Positions 1 to 13,400 of a stretch of 64,000 nucleotides of DNA are shown one piece after another. The stretch comes from Octopus sinensis (taxonomy: Eukaryota). A program made the translations under genes and the position numbers. The stretch spans positions 163,804,001 through 163,868,000 of the forward strand of contig NC_042998.1 in the NCBI RefSeq assembly GCF_006345805.1. Reading direction: 5' to 3'. The notes beneath the pieces were generated by a model. The model was not told the DNA's origin. It saw only the letters and a list, made by a program, of their open reading frames with translations, and searched no databases. Within the stretch, counting starts at the first letter, position 1. Every line of letters begins with the position of its first letter.

Positions 1-151
1 AGCTTGTTTACCAACCACATGGTTCCGGGTTCGGTCCCACTGTGTGGCACCTTGGGCAAGTGTCTTCTACTATAGCCTCGGGCTGACCAAAGCCTTGTGA
101 GTGGATTTGGTAGACGGAAACTGAAAGAAGCCCGTCGTATATATGTATATG

Positions 152-201
<50 letters not shown>

Positions 202-420
202 TGTATGTTTGTGTGTCTGTGTTTGTCCCATCCAACATCGCTTGACAACCGATGCTGGTGTGTTTATGTCCCCGTCACTTAGCAGTTTGGCAAAAAGAGA
301 CTGATAGAATAAGTACTGGGCTTACAAAGAATAAGTCCCAGGGTCGAGTTGCTCAATTAAAGGCAGTGCTCCAGCATGGCCGCAGTCAAAATGACTGAAA
401 CAAGTAAAAGAGTAAAGAGT
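1..420 (+). mobile_element. Abundant octopus-type tRNA-derived SINE (family A) with CORE-like segment and internal (TA)n
   Basis: ggttcggtcccactg..gtggcaccttgggcaagtgtctt ... gaaacaagtaaaagag tail; many copies in the window. Confidence 0.85.
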
Positions 421-609
421 AACTTAACCGGTTTTGCTTATATAAAAATATTTTCAAAGGTAAGTTATGAGGCATTGTGTAAATTAATTTACATAAATGT
501 ATTCAAATCAAGTGATAGAGTCTTTGACAATGATAAGAAAAGTTTTGAGGCTTTGTGTATCCTCTGTGATGAGTTAAAAAATAGTTTACATAAAAACATT
601 CACATTCAT

Positions 610-1014
610 AGGTGCAGGAGTGGCTGTGTGATAAGTAGCTTGCTTACCAATCACATGGTTCCGGGTTCAGTCCCACTGCATGGTACCTTGGGCAAGTATC
701 TTCTACTGTAGCCTCGGGCCAACCAAAGCTTTGAGAGTGGATTTGGTAGACGGAAACTGAAAGAAGCCTGTAGTATATATGTATATGTATATATGTGTGT
801 GTGAGCGTTTGTGTGTCTGTGCTTGTCCTCCCAACAGCGCTTGACAACCGATGCTGGTGTGTTTACGTCCCCATAACTTAGCGGTTCGGCAAAAAGAGAC
901 TGATAGTATAAGTACTAGGCTAACAAAGAATAAGTCCCAGGGTCGATTTGCTTGACTAAAAAAGGTGGTGTTCCAGCATGGCCGCAGTCAAATGACTGAA
1001 ACAAGTAAAAGAGT
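610..1014 (+). mobile_element. SINE family A
   Basis: Full-length copy nested in the 424-2423 TIR element. Confidence 0.85.
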
Positions 1015-1504
1015 AATGACATGAAGATAAAAATTAGTCTACATAAATATATCCAAATCAAGTAATAGGGTCTTTGAGAAGAAGATAAAATGTGTCTGGT
1101 TTGTCAATCTCTGGTTATTAAAGTTTTAGTCTCACTGTGATCGGAAACCATAATTCTTTGCAGCATCTTAAATTGAAAAAAAGGTGAGAAATAACAGACC
1201 ATTTATAGTTCTCAGATCTGGTTGTAGGGTCTTGCATCTGGATGGAATTCGATACTTACTATTATTGTGATTAAAAGATGGTTCTGTTTTTTAAAACAAG
1301 GTGGCTTTAGAATTGCTTTCTCTTGAAAAACAGTGTGGGTAGTTGATGGCAGTCACATGATCAGAAGGTAGTTTAGGATTGTTCTGATTTCAAATTGTTG
1401 TTGTGGAGCTGAGAAAGGCTTGTTTGGTGAGCTGGTTCTGTTATGGTTCAGTAGTTATGGCTGTTTTTTTGGGGTTTAAATGTATGACTCATAAGTAAAG
1501 AATA

Positions 1505-2060
1505 GTGTGTATTTGTGTTTATGTGTGTAGCAGGTTTATGTGTGTACATGTGCGCATGTATGTGGGTGTTCTATTTGTGTGTGTGTTATATTTATCATGG
1601 GATGTATATATGTATGTGTTATATTTGTCAGGGTGCTGCATGTATATGTGTGTGTGTTACATTTGTCGGGTTGGTGTGCATGTGTGCGTATGTGTGTATG
1701 TATGTGCATGTGTTGCATTTGTTAGGGCATATATGTATGTCTCTGTGTGTATGTGTGTGTATTGCATTGGTCTGGGCAGTGTATGCATGCACATGGGTAT
1801 GTGTGTGTCTGTGTATGTATGTATGTGTGTTATAACTGTCCAGGCAGTGTGTGTATGTGTGTGTTACATTTGTTAGGGCACTGTGTGTATGTCCGTGTGT
1901 GTGTTATGTTTGTCAGGGTGGTGTGCATGTATGCATTTAAGTGTGTGTGTGTTGCATTTGTTAGGGTGATGTGTGTGTGTGTGCATGTGGGTATGAGTGT
2001 GTATGTGTGTCTGCATGTGTGTGTGTTTTGTATTTATCGAAGCGGTGTATGTTTGCATGC
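1505..2060. repeat. Degenerate (TG)n-rich minisatellite with recurring tgttacatttgtcagggt unit
   Basis: Direct inspection; source of the V/C/M-rich spurious ORFs. Confidence 0.85.
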
Positions 2061-2484
2061 ATGGATATATTTATATAAACTAATTTTTATCTTGTTGTGT
2101 CTGGGGAGAATCATTTCTTTTTGTGCCTTATAATTTACATATGAACTCGCATAAAGAATCTTGCAAACCAAATCCAAAAACGAAATTTTTGTCTTCTTGT
2201 CATTGTAAAACATTTTATTATCTTATCTGAATGTTTTTAAGTAAACTATTTTTTGACTCATCACAAAAGATACACAAAGCCTCAAAATTTTTCTTATCAT
2301 TGTCAAAGACTCTATCACTTGATTTGAATACATTTATGTAGACTAATTTTTGATGCTACAGAGGATACACAAAGCCTCATACCTTACTTTTGAAAATCTT
2401 TCTATATAAGTGAAACCGGTTAAGTTAATAAATACTTTTAAAAGACTCATGCATTTTCAGATTCTTTTCCTTATATATATATAT

Positions 2485-3200
2485 AAGCAATATCACATAA
2501 CACACCACATCTGTTGCACTTCGGCGAATCTCATATATTGCATCATATGCAAACACTGTGGTGCTCTTTACATTGGAAAAACAGGAAAACAGGACAACGG
2601 AATTGCTTTCATGAACACAGAAGCATAATGCTTCATATGGCAGGCCAATCTGTCGCAACCCACTTCAACACTGTGAATCATTCTATTGAAAATTTATCAG
2701 TGTGTGGTATGGCCTTACACCACGGATTCCCCTTCTCTAAGAAACAAAAGGAACAACGTCTCATATTTGATCTTGGCACTATGTCCCCAACAAGTATGAA
2801 TGAACATTTTTCCTTTCATCTTTACACTTCCTCTCAATTCTTTTTTACCCTTTTTAATCCTCCTTCCACACTCTCTCTGCAACATTCCCGTATTTACTTA
2901 GCTCTTCTCTCTCCATTATCCTTTTCCTTTCTGCATGCCCTCTCCTATAACTTCTGTTTCAAGCAGCCCATATTATTCTGCGTCCATTATTAGTTGCAGC
3001 CAGTTTTCCAAGCTGAAAGGATGTAAACCCTGTTTGGCTTTTTTCTCCTTTTCTACTCTTTTTCTCTGCCCCCTGGCAAAGGATTGAATCTGAAATGTTG
3101 GATATTCCACTCTTCACTGCAAGTTCACTGTACCCCTTTCACTTTTTTCCATATTTTTTCAAGTCTTGCCGACAGAGCTATCTGAATATTGCTTGATTAT
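2485..3200 (+). mobile_element. Decayed 3' end of a Penelope-like retroelement (Neptune-type GIY-YIG endonuclease) with hammerhead remnant
   Basis: CTSANLIYCIICKHCGALYIGKTG, then a frameshift near 2590, then FHEH...SVATHFN..NHS..NLSVCG...EQRLIFDLGT..P..MNEHFSF; decayed hammerhead CTGGCAA-A-GGATTGAATCT-GAAATGTT at 3073-3099. Confidence 0.8.
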
Positions 3201-3297
3201 TATATGTATATATACATACATACGTATGTATGTATGTATATATGTATGTGTGTGTATGTATGTATATAATACATTTATGCATGTTGTCTGCTTCCAG

Positions 3298-3395
3298 AAT
3301 TATTCCACTGAGATGATCAGACTAGCATCTCTTAATAAAGTCACACAAACTGACAATGAAAATACTCACAACCAAGTGAAGAGTCTTACTAGTCG
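3298..3395 (+). CDS. CNTLN: Centlein-like exon NYSTEMIRLASLNKVTQTDNENTHNQVKSLTS(R)
   Basis: cttccag|AAT ... AGTCG|gtaag, phase 2 end. Confidence 0.8.
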
Positions 3396-6300
3396 GTAAG
3401 TGAAGTAGTCTTTAATTAGTTACTGTTTCTCTAAAAAAAAAATTAATGGAAATAGATACATGTATCACTGCATGATTGGGTATTTTGCTTCTCGACTATG
3501 TATTCTTTTGAGTTCAGTCCGCCATACATGGCATCTTGGCACCTTTGGCAAGTGTCTTCTATAGCCTCAAACCAACCAAAGCCTTGTGAGTGAATTTGGT
3601 AGGTGGCAACTGAAATAAGACCATTTAACCTCATAGCCAGTTGAGCTATGAGGTTAATATAATTGACCAGCCCTCTTCCCACAAAGTCCAGGCCTTGTGC
3701 CTATAGAAGAAAGAAATTATTTACCCACTGAATTGTATGTATGTTAGCTTTGTTGTATTAGTTTGTATAATCTAATTGATATTACAGTTTTATTCATGGA
3801 AAGGGATATTAATAAATTGCCTTTCCGTTATTGTTTGAATTTTGGTAAAAATATTCAAAAATAGAGTTAAATGCAGTTTCATACCACATAGGTCCCAAAT
3901 GTTTCCTCCATGTCAAATTGTGACCTCTAAGGGAAAAGTATCTGACTTGTATATTGTAGTACCATTGTTGTCTGTCTTATAAATTTTGTTTCAAATCTTA
4001 GAAGAGTGAAATTATCCTTTTATCTTATGATGGCCAGCTACATCATAATATTTATATTTTATCAAAAAACAAAAAAAAACTGTATTTTAGGGCTTACATT
4101 AATAATAAACAGCTGCTACTGCTTGTGGGAGATCCAAATTAGGAATAGGTATTCCAGATAATATATCAACCAATCTTATCAGTTTGCCATACTTAAAAGC
4201 CTTAATTGAAATTGCATCCTTGATTAAGACATCCAAATTACTAATTCTGGTCAAAAAAGTACCAGAAAACAAACCAAAATTTTAATTTATTAAAACTTTT
4301 CAAATTTGGAATGCAATAGAAAAGTAAATTTGGTCTTTAGTGGTATTGTGAATATTCTTGATATGTTTCATTATTAGATCTCCTCAGAAAAGCATAATAT
4401 AGACATATTCATTCTTATTAAACCCCCTTAACCTTTATTCTATACTCTCTTTACTCTTTTACTTGTTTCAGTCATTTGACTGTGGCCATGCTGGAGCACT
4501 GCCTTTAGTTGACCAAATCGACCCCAGGACTTATTCTTTGTAAGCCTAGTACTTATTCTATCAGTCTCTTTGGCTGAACTGCTAAGTTATGGGGACATAA
4601 ACACACCACCATCGGTTGTAAAGCGATGTTGGGGGGGACAAACACAGACACACAAACAAATACACACACATACATATATATAAAGGGCGTCTTTCAGTTT
4701 CCATCTACCAAATCCACTCACAAGGCTTTGGTCAGCCTGAGGCTATAGTAGAAGACACTTGCCCAAGGTGCCACACAGTGGGACTGAACCCAGAACCATG
4801 TGGTTGGTAAACAAGCTACTTACCACACAGCCACTCCTTTGCTGCAGAGCATAGATGACTTGAGTGATTTTGTGCTTAATTTAAAACTTGTTGTTTATTA
4901 TTATTAATATTTGTAGGGAGTAAAGCAGCTAACCAGCAGAATTCTTACTGTGCCAGGAAAAACGCTTAGCAGAATTTTGTCCATCTTTACATTCTAAGTT
5001 CAAATGCCACCAAGGTTGACTTTGCCTTTCATCCCTTTCAGAGGTCAATAAAATAAGTAGCAGTTGAGCAATGGGGTTGATCTAATCAACTTATTCCCTC
5101 CCACCGAAATTGGTGACCTTATGCCAAAATTCGAAGCCAATATTGTGCCAGATATTTGAAATCATCATTTTATTCTGCTGAGGTCGGCTTTTCGTTTCAT
5201 CCTTTCAAGGTTGATAAATTAAGTACCAGTTGAGTATTGGGGTTCATGTAATCAACTTAACCCTTCACTCAGTATTGCTGACCCTGTGCCAAAATTTGAA
5301 GCCAATATTTGAAGGGAGTGAGGCTGTGAGTTGGCAGAATCATTAGCATACTGGGCAAAATGCTTAGTGGCATTCATCCATCTCTACGTTCTGTGTTCAA
5401 ATTCTGTCAAAGTCAACTTTGCTTTTCATCCCATTCAGTGTCAATAAAATAAGTGCCAGTTAATTACTGGGGTCGATGTAATTGATTTACCCCCCCCTCC
5501 CAAAAAAAACCTACACACACCTCCCTCAAAATTGCTGGCCTTGTATCAGAATTAGAAACTAGTATTTGTAGAGGGCGGCAGAAATCATTGTGCTGGACAA
5601 AATAGTGTGGTATTTGATTGTCATGTTGCACATCATCACTGACTGAGCAAACATATGTATTGCTGTCATGGCCATCCTGTCCTCTCATACATCCTGTACA
5701 ATATGTCTTTCACTTCCAAAGAAAGTAAAGTGTAATTTGAGGGAGATTTGTCTGCTTTTCTTGTACATTGATTGAACACATAAGGGAGCTCCCTTTATTG
5801 ATGTTTGATTACTTCAACATTTTGCCTGTGTTCAAATCCTGAAATAGTCTACCCTTCATTCTTCCACGGTAAATAAAATAGATACCAGAGAAATATGTAC
5901 CTGAGGGCTATGGCCTTGTGCCATAGTCGTAAATCATCAATGTAGATTGGTGGAATTGACAGAGCATCAGACAAAACAGTTCCTGATCTGTTGTTGTTTA
6001 ATGCCAAGATGACCATGATCCAGAAGACCTATGATCAAACGATCAAAGATATACCAACCATAATTCAAATATGACATACCCCAAACTACCTTATCCAATT
6101 CATCCTTTATTTCTCTAAGATTGGTGAGAATAATTTTAGGTTTTGAGTTCAAATTCAGTCAACTTAGCTGTTTGTTCTTCTGGAATCAATAAATACCAGT
6201 CAAATAACATGTCACTCTTATTGATTATAGCCTCCTCCAGAACTCATGGCCTTGTGCCAAATTTAGAAACCAGCATTTTATCATCATCATAACATTTTAA

Positions 6301-7058
6301 TAATAGCTTTTATTGTTGTTATTGTTTTTGTTGTTACTGGCAGCATGAACTGGCTTGAACGAGATATTTCACAAAAGCGTCATTTGATTGAAGAACAAAG
6401 GGCAAAAATGAAAGAGATGCAGGATAATGCAAAATCAATCACAGACACCATTGTAAGTTGTCTTTGGTGTTTATTCCTCGAAGACTTGTTCATTGTTTAC
6501 TCTGTTGTTGTCACACAGGCATGCAGATAGCACATATCAACTTAATATATATATATCCACATACAAGCAATCATATATGGGCGTGTGGTTTGTGCATGTG
6601 TGTGCATGGTAGGTATCTATGTCTGTCTGTCTGCGTGTGTGTGTTTGTGTGAGTATGCATGTATATATGTACACACACACACACGTATATACATACACAC
6701 ACATATACACACACACATATATATATACATGCACACAGATATATACATATATGCACATACATATATAGACACATGCACATATATACTCACACACATATAT
6801 ACACACACAATTATGCATAAGATGCTTATATACACACATGCACACATTATTGTATCTCATATATACATGCAAAAAAACACATATACACACATGCACAAAC
6901 ACACAAAAAAAATACCCACAGAATATTGAATTTTCCTTTTACTTAAAAGTTCTATTTTTTGGGCAACAATATTTCCCAAGTGCATACCTCATACATATAT
7001 CACAATCACTCCTATTAATCCCCCCCCTTCACACACTCTCTCTCTCTCTCACTCTCAC

Positions 7059-7099
<41 letters not shown>

Positions 7100-7447
7100 C
7101 ACACACACACACATACTATGTGTGTGGTCTTTGTTACTGCTTAACATACAATTTTCCATACTTAACATGAGTAAGAGCTGGTTTACTTCTTGGAATAAAT
7201 GTTTGTACAGCTGGGTGGATGCCTCTCCTATTATTAATCACTCGCTCATGAAATAGGGAGGGGAATCCGAGGTGGGGGCGGGCGGGGGAGGTTGATTACA
7301 AGGCAAACAAATTAAGGCAACTTGCTTAGAGGTCACTGAACTATAACTGTACTGCAATTTGAACTTATGATCTGCAGTCCAACATCTTGATCTCAGGGTC
7401 ATTGACATTGCTAAACTGATCTTATTGCAATGTGAATATGTACAATA

Positions 7448-7478
<31 letters not shown>

Positions 7479-10400
7479 CTTTTCTCTTTCTTTCTCCCCT
7501 CTATTTCTCTCTCTCTCTAAATCACACAGTTTCCTTTCTCTTTCTCTCATCTCACCCTTTCCCCTTTCTTGCTCTATCCTCTTTATCTCTCTATTGTTTC
7601 ATGCTTCTGAGTTCCTTGGCACTAAATACAGATGATCTGTCAAAGAGGGAAAATAAGCACTTAGATATACAACAACAGCACAAAGAAATGCAGATATCTC
7701 TATGTGGCCACTTGACCTGTTAAAAAGCAGCAGCCAAGTCCCACCTTAATCTCACACACACAAACACATACTACCATCTTTAAAAAGTAGCGACACATTG
7801 AACTGAGTGGTCCTAGATAGACTATACCTAGAAAAATAAATGACAGGATGACCAAGGTTGGAATGCTTCTGATCATATAATACCTGGTCAATCAGGGTTC
7901 ACTTGCAGCAAATAGCAACAGAAGCTTGCATAATACTTCGTAGGCATGAATGCAAATGAACTAAGAAGCTGAACATTGACACTTTGACATTCAGATTAGT
8001 TTGTCAAATGTGAGCTTATTTGTTCACATCGTTTAGAATTAATCATGCATTAGTTCATAGCTTCAAGATTTCAATGATGTGGTTGTATGTTTTTAGAACA
8101 TAGTAGGGAAGGTGTAAGAGGCCAGATCTGGCCGGTTTAGACATAAAATATTTGGGCCAGATATGATCAGTTTAAATGCTAAAGAGTTAAATTGATAACA
8201 ATTTCTGAGTTAATGCCATATGAGAATTATTAACTAATGAGATTATTTTCTTCTTCACTGTATTAAGTATTATCCTGAATTAACTGGTGTTTTATGATGG
8301 GGAAGATGGGTTTCTTACAGTCATTATTATAACGTGATACTTTGTTGTTTATATTATTCTACATTAATCTAGTGATTTCTTATCACTATTCTACTAAATA
8401 CAAAGGAAGCTATAATATACTGAGGAGGTCTAATAGCACCAAAATATGTCTGAAGTTGATGTCCATACTTGTCAGGAGCAAGTCAGTTACATAGATCTTG
8501 GTATTTGGTTGGTACTTATTTTATCAACCCCAAAAAGATGAAAGGCAAAGTTGACCTCAGCAGAATTTGAACTCAGAACATAAAGAGCTGGAAGAAATAC
8601 TGCCAAGCATTTTACCTGACAATTCTAAATTTATGTTTACTTCTTGTCATATTAGTATCTATATTATGCCATTTATAACTATGTGTTGAAAGGTTATACT
8701 TTTAACACTTTAAATATTGTATGAAATCAAAGACATAATTGAAGCCTCTAACATAATCACATTTAAGCTGATACAGTGATTTCTGCTTAGGATTGGATTG
8801 GCTAAATGACTGTTGACACCACTGATCACCAACACAAGTTCTGATTGTTGAAATTGTTTGCAACTGCCAAATATTCCTGTTACAGACCCATCTATGATCA
8901 ACCCAAACTACAAGCAATTTAATTTATTCCACAATCAAGAACAGCCTAGCATGAAACTCAGAGTAAACTGTCAACTTTTGATTTAATAAACTTATTTATC
9001 AGTTCTGGTTAACATAGGCATAGCTATGTGCTTAAGAAATTTGCTTCCCAACAATATGAATGGTTCAGTCCCTCTTTATGACACTTTGGACAAGTATCTT
9101 CTACTACAGGTTCTAAATGATCAGCGCTTTGTGTGTGTAGAAACTGAAAGAATCCTCTCATATACATATAAAACAATAAACACTAATGACACATGGGCAA
9201 TAGATTTCCTCAAATGCCATGGAGGTAGTAGGCAATTTTTGTTACTTAGATGACCTAATTAGCAATGAAGGGAAATGTTTTGAAAGTATAGTTGGTAAAA
9301 TAAGAATAGGATGGAGAAAGTTTAGAAAACTGTTACATCCTCGCTCTCTCAAAAAGTGAAAGTGAAAGCTAGATTATATGATGCTTGTGTACAAACAGCA
9401 ATGCTACATTGTAGTGAGATGTGGGCCCTGGCTGTGAGTCATGTGAAGACTACAAAGGCATTAAGCTAGTATTTTCAGTTGGACAGGCAATGTCAGTGTG
9501 CATGTATGACAAAGCACAATTGTGTTGTGAAAAAATTTAGGTATAAGTGGAATGAGATATAGTGCACAAGAGAAGTCTGTGCTAGTATGGCCATGTGATA
9601 TGTATGGATGAGGAGAGCTGTATAAAGAAATACTGACTTTTTTACATGGATGGAACTTGTGTAAGAAGTAGATCCTAGAAGACATAGGACTATGAAGGCT
9701 GCTTTCAGAGAGTTGAGCCTCATGGAGGAGATGACAAAGGACCAAGATAGTTAATGGTCCACTGTGCTTGAGAAGCACCATCTATTATGTTAAAAGATTG
9801 ATCCTATAAGCATTGTTTTATACCTGTATAATCACTTGACACTGATCTCAATCTATTCCTGACATGCTTTCCCCACCTCTCATCTTCCTAACACCCATCC
9901 CTCCATTCCACTTCTGCTCTATTCAGCTGCTGTAATTTTATGAGAGCAGAACTGCACATATTTTATCTCTTTTATGCTAGTTCCTTCTAGCATCCATCTT
10001 TTTTTCTCCATATTATCCCTTCTTACTAATTATTCTTTTCTGTGCCTCTAGTTATCTCTCCCTCTCATCTGAGCTACATTTTATACATGGAGAATTGCAA
10101 AAAAAAAAAGGGGGGTGGGTCAAGTTGGAACACAATGGTGGTGATACAAGAATTAAATAGGACAAAAACAGTAGCATTTTATGTACATAAAGTGCATTTG
10201 TGTGATGCAGCTCACCTTATATTAGGATGACATAAAAGTTGATATGAGAAGTAAATTGCAAACCTTGATTTAATTCTTACACGTGCACACACACACACAC
10301 TGAAACTAAATAATCTCCTTTCTTTTACTTGTATAATTCGTCTTTTTGTAAATGGAGTCAGCTCCTAGAGCATTGTTATTGTCATAGAATCCCGATAATG

Positions 10401-13400
10401 GCAGTGTTTGTTTTAGTGATATGATGATAGATATATAAAAAAAAATGTATTTTTCAGTACTAAAGACAATGATGACAACATTGGTTTTGTTTTCCATGCC
10501 AGTTTAGAATTACAAGAAAGCCAGAAAATTTAGATTTGGCACACATGAAGTGTCATGAGGCGGGGGAGGAGTGGTATGGGGAACAGGAACTGCTGGGATT
10601 GTTAAAGTAAACTATTTCTAATCTTTTCTTGAAGTAATTGGAGCTGGTTTCCAGGCTATTTCATTACATTATTTGGTCATAAAAGATATCAATGTATCAT
10701 GTTGAAAGACTGCTAATTTGAAGGAAAAACTGAATTCTTAAACACAAATGATAAAGCAAAAAGGCATAAAGAGTATTTTGGTTGTATTTTCTCTTTTCTT
10801 TTTGTTTCAGTTTCTAACACTTATCAAAGTTATTGTAAGGTTACCTTATCTTTCTACAATTTTGCTAACAAAATGTTTGACATGCGTTTGTTATGCTAAA
10901 GAACAAATGTTAAACCGATTATATAAGTGATGTCAGTGGTTACCATAAATCTCTTTATTTACTCGTTCATGTTAAATAAAAAAGGATATACATCCTTTTC
11001 TAAGTCATATAGACTCACAGAGCCGGTTTCCATAGCGCATATATATTTTTCTCCTTGAACACTGGTCCATCATAAGATTACTCATTTTTGCCAGCTGAGT
11101 GGACTGGAGCAACACGAAATGAAATGTTTTGCATAGGAATACAATAAATCACCCAGTCCAGGAATCGAAACCATAATCTTGCGATCATGAGTCCAACACA
11201 CTAACCACTAAACCACACAACTTCCATGCTCATACATGTTGTCTTCTCTCTAATAGTTGTCTAAATACAAATGTGTTTTAATTTGCTTAAGGCAAGTGTT
11301 AACCTTTTTACAGTTGGAAGTCCTTCTTAAGAAAAACCACTGTTAATTATTAAGAGCCCTTTTATTCCTTAGAAAGTGTTACAGTCCTCCAGAAAGCTAT
11401 ATAAAAAAATTCAAGCAATGAAAGAATATTTCTTATGACCTTTTTTTTCATAACATTTCTTTTAATCAGAGGAGAAAAGTACACATCCATAAGCTCATTT
11501 CAAGGCTTCTGGAAGTCCTTCTTAAGAAAAACCACTGTTAATTATTAAGAGCCCTTTTATTCCTTAGAAAGTGTTACAGTCCTCCAGAAAGCTATATAAA
11601 AAAATTCAAGCAATGAAAGAATATTTCTTATGACCTTTTTTTTCATAACATTTCTTTTAATCAGAGGAGAAAAGTACACATCCATAAGCTCATTTCAAGG
11701 CTTCATCAGTTTAATTGCTAAGTAAAAATAATACTGATTTTATAGTTTGGTTGCCTTAACTCTTTAGCATTTAATCTGGCCATATCAGGCCCTAAATATT
11801 TCAAATCCAATCTCTCACACCAACCCTACAATGTTGTTCTAAAAATAAAGAATCACATCATCAAAATTTCAAAGCTATGAGATAATACATGATTAATTCA
11901 AAACAATGTGAATTACATTACATTACATTTGACTGAGTAATTTGAATGTTAAAGTGTTAATTTAGTGAATAAGGGTGGAGAAGGGTGGTTTTCAATTGGA
12001 GTTCATATGACCCTTGGGGTCTACATAAGATTTTGTTAAAATTTATGTGCAATGAATAGGTTATGCTTCTAAATTACACAAAATATTTCAACAATTTTTC
12101 ATACAATTCCTAATGATATTAAACCCCTTAGCATTGATATTATTCTGTCAAATGTGATACTTATTTATTCACGTTGTTTTGAATTAATCATAGATTATCT
12201 CATAGCTTTGAGATGTCAATGATATGATTGGTTATCTTTTGAAATGACATTGTAGGGGAGATGTGAAAGGTTAGATGTGGCTGGTCTGAACATAAAACAG
12301 GTAGAATATTTGGGCAGATGAACTAACGCTGAAGGGTTATTATACTATTATAAAAATATAATAGATTTTTTAAACATTCAGTGGTTGTGAGGGTCCACCC
12401 AACTAAAATAGGTATCAAAGAGTTCCACTGGTAGGAAAAATGGTTTAGACTTTTCTTATGATGACACTTTTTTAGTTTGAGGAGAAAAGCTCACATCCAT
12501 AAGCTCATTTCAAGACCTCTTTGCTTTAATTGTTAAATAAAAGTAATACTGATTTTATAGTTTGGTTGTCTGAAGTTAGTGACTAAGGGTGGAGATGGCT
12601 TAGACTAGTAGTTTTCAGTCAGGGTCCATTATGACCTGTGGGATCAAACAGAATTTCTTGCAGCAGATTTTCATAAGAAAAAGTCACATGAGTAGATTCT
12701 TTCTTTGTTTGATTTTTTTTTTATATAGCCATCTGGAGGGTTGTAACACTTTCTCTGAAATAAAAGGGCTCTTTATTTTCTCTTGTGATTTCTATTTTTT
12801 CCTTTAGCTTTTGTATTTTATCATTGTCCACTCAACTGGCAAAAATGAGTTGTACCTGTATTTAAAGGGCTAACATTCTGTATCAAGCTGAGAACTATGT
12901 TAAGGGAATGCATGTCAGTGGAGTACTCAACCACTTGCATGTTAATTTTATGAGTAGGCTGTTCCATTGTTCAGATCAACTGGAACCCTTGTCATTGTAA
13001 CCAACGTAATGCCAGGTTTATTATTGTAATCTTCACTAAGGTGGTAAGCCAGCAGTATTGTTAGTACCCCAAACAAAATGCTTAATGGCAGTCATTTCAT
13101 CTGTCTTTACATTCTGAGTTCAAATGCTGCTGAGATCAACTTTACCTTTCATCCTTTTGGGGTTGATAAAATAAGGTGCCAGTCTAAGGCGTAGGAGTGG
13201 CTGTGTGATAAGTAGCTTGCTTACAAACCACATGGTTCTGGGTTCAGTCCCATTGCGTGGCACCTTGGGCAAGTGTCTTCTACTTTAGCTTCAGGCCGAC
13301 CAAAGCCTTGTGAATGAATTTGTTAGATGGAAACTGAAAGAAGCCCATTGTATATATGTATATATATATATGTTTGTGTGTATGTGTGTGTATATGTTTG

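Larger units (their letters stand above)
424..2423. mobile_element. Non-autonomous TIR element (about 2 kb), TTAA-bounded, with nested SINE and TG-rich minisatellite
   Basis: TTAACCGGTTT..CTTATATA..AA.ATTTTCAAA.GTAAG.TATGAGGC at the left end mirrored at about 2375-2423; subterminal repeats also inverted. Confidence 0.65.

Noticed and set aside
1505-2133. Several 100+ aa ORFs rich in C/V/M/Y
   Set aside because: Translations of TG-rich microsatellite; no coding signal
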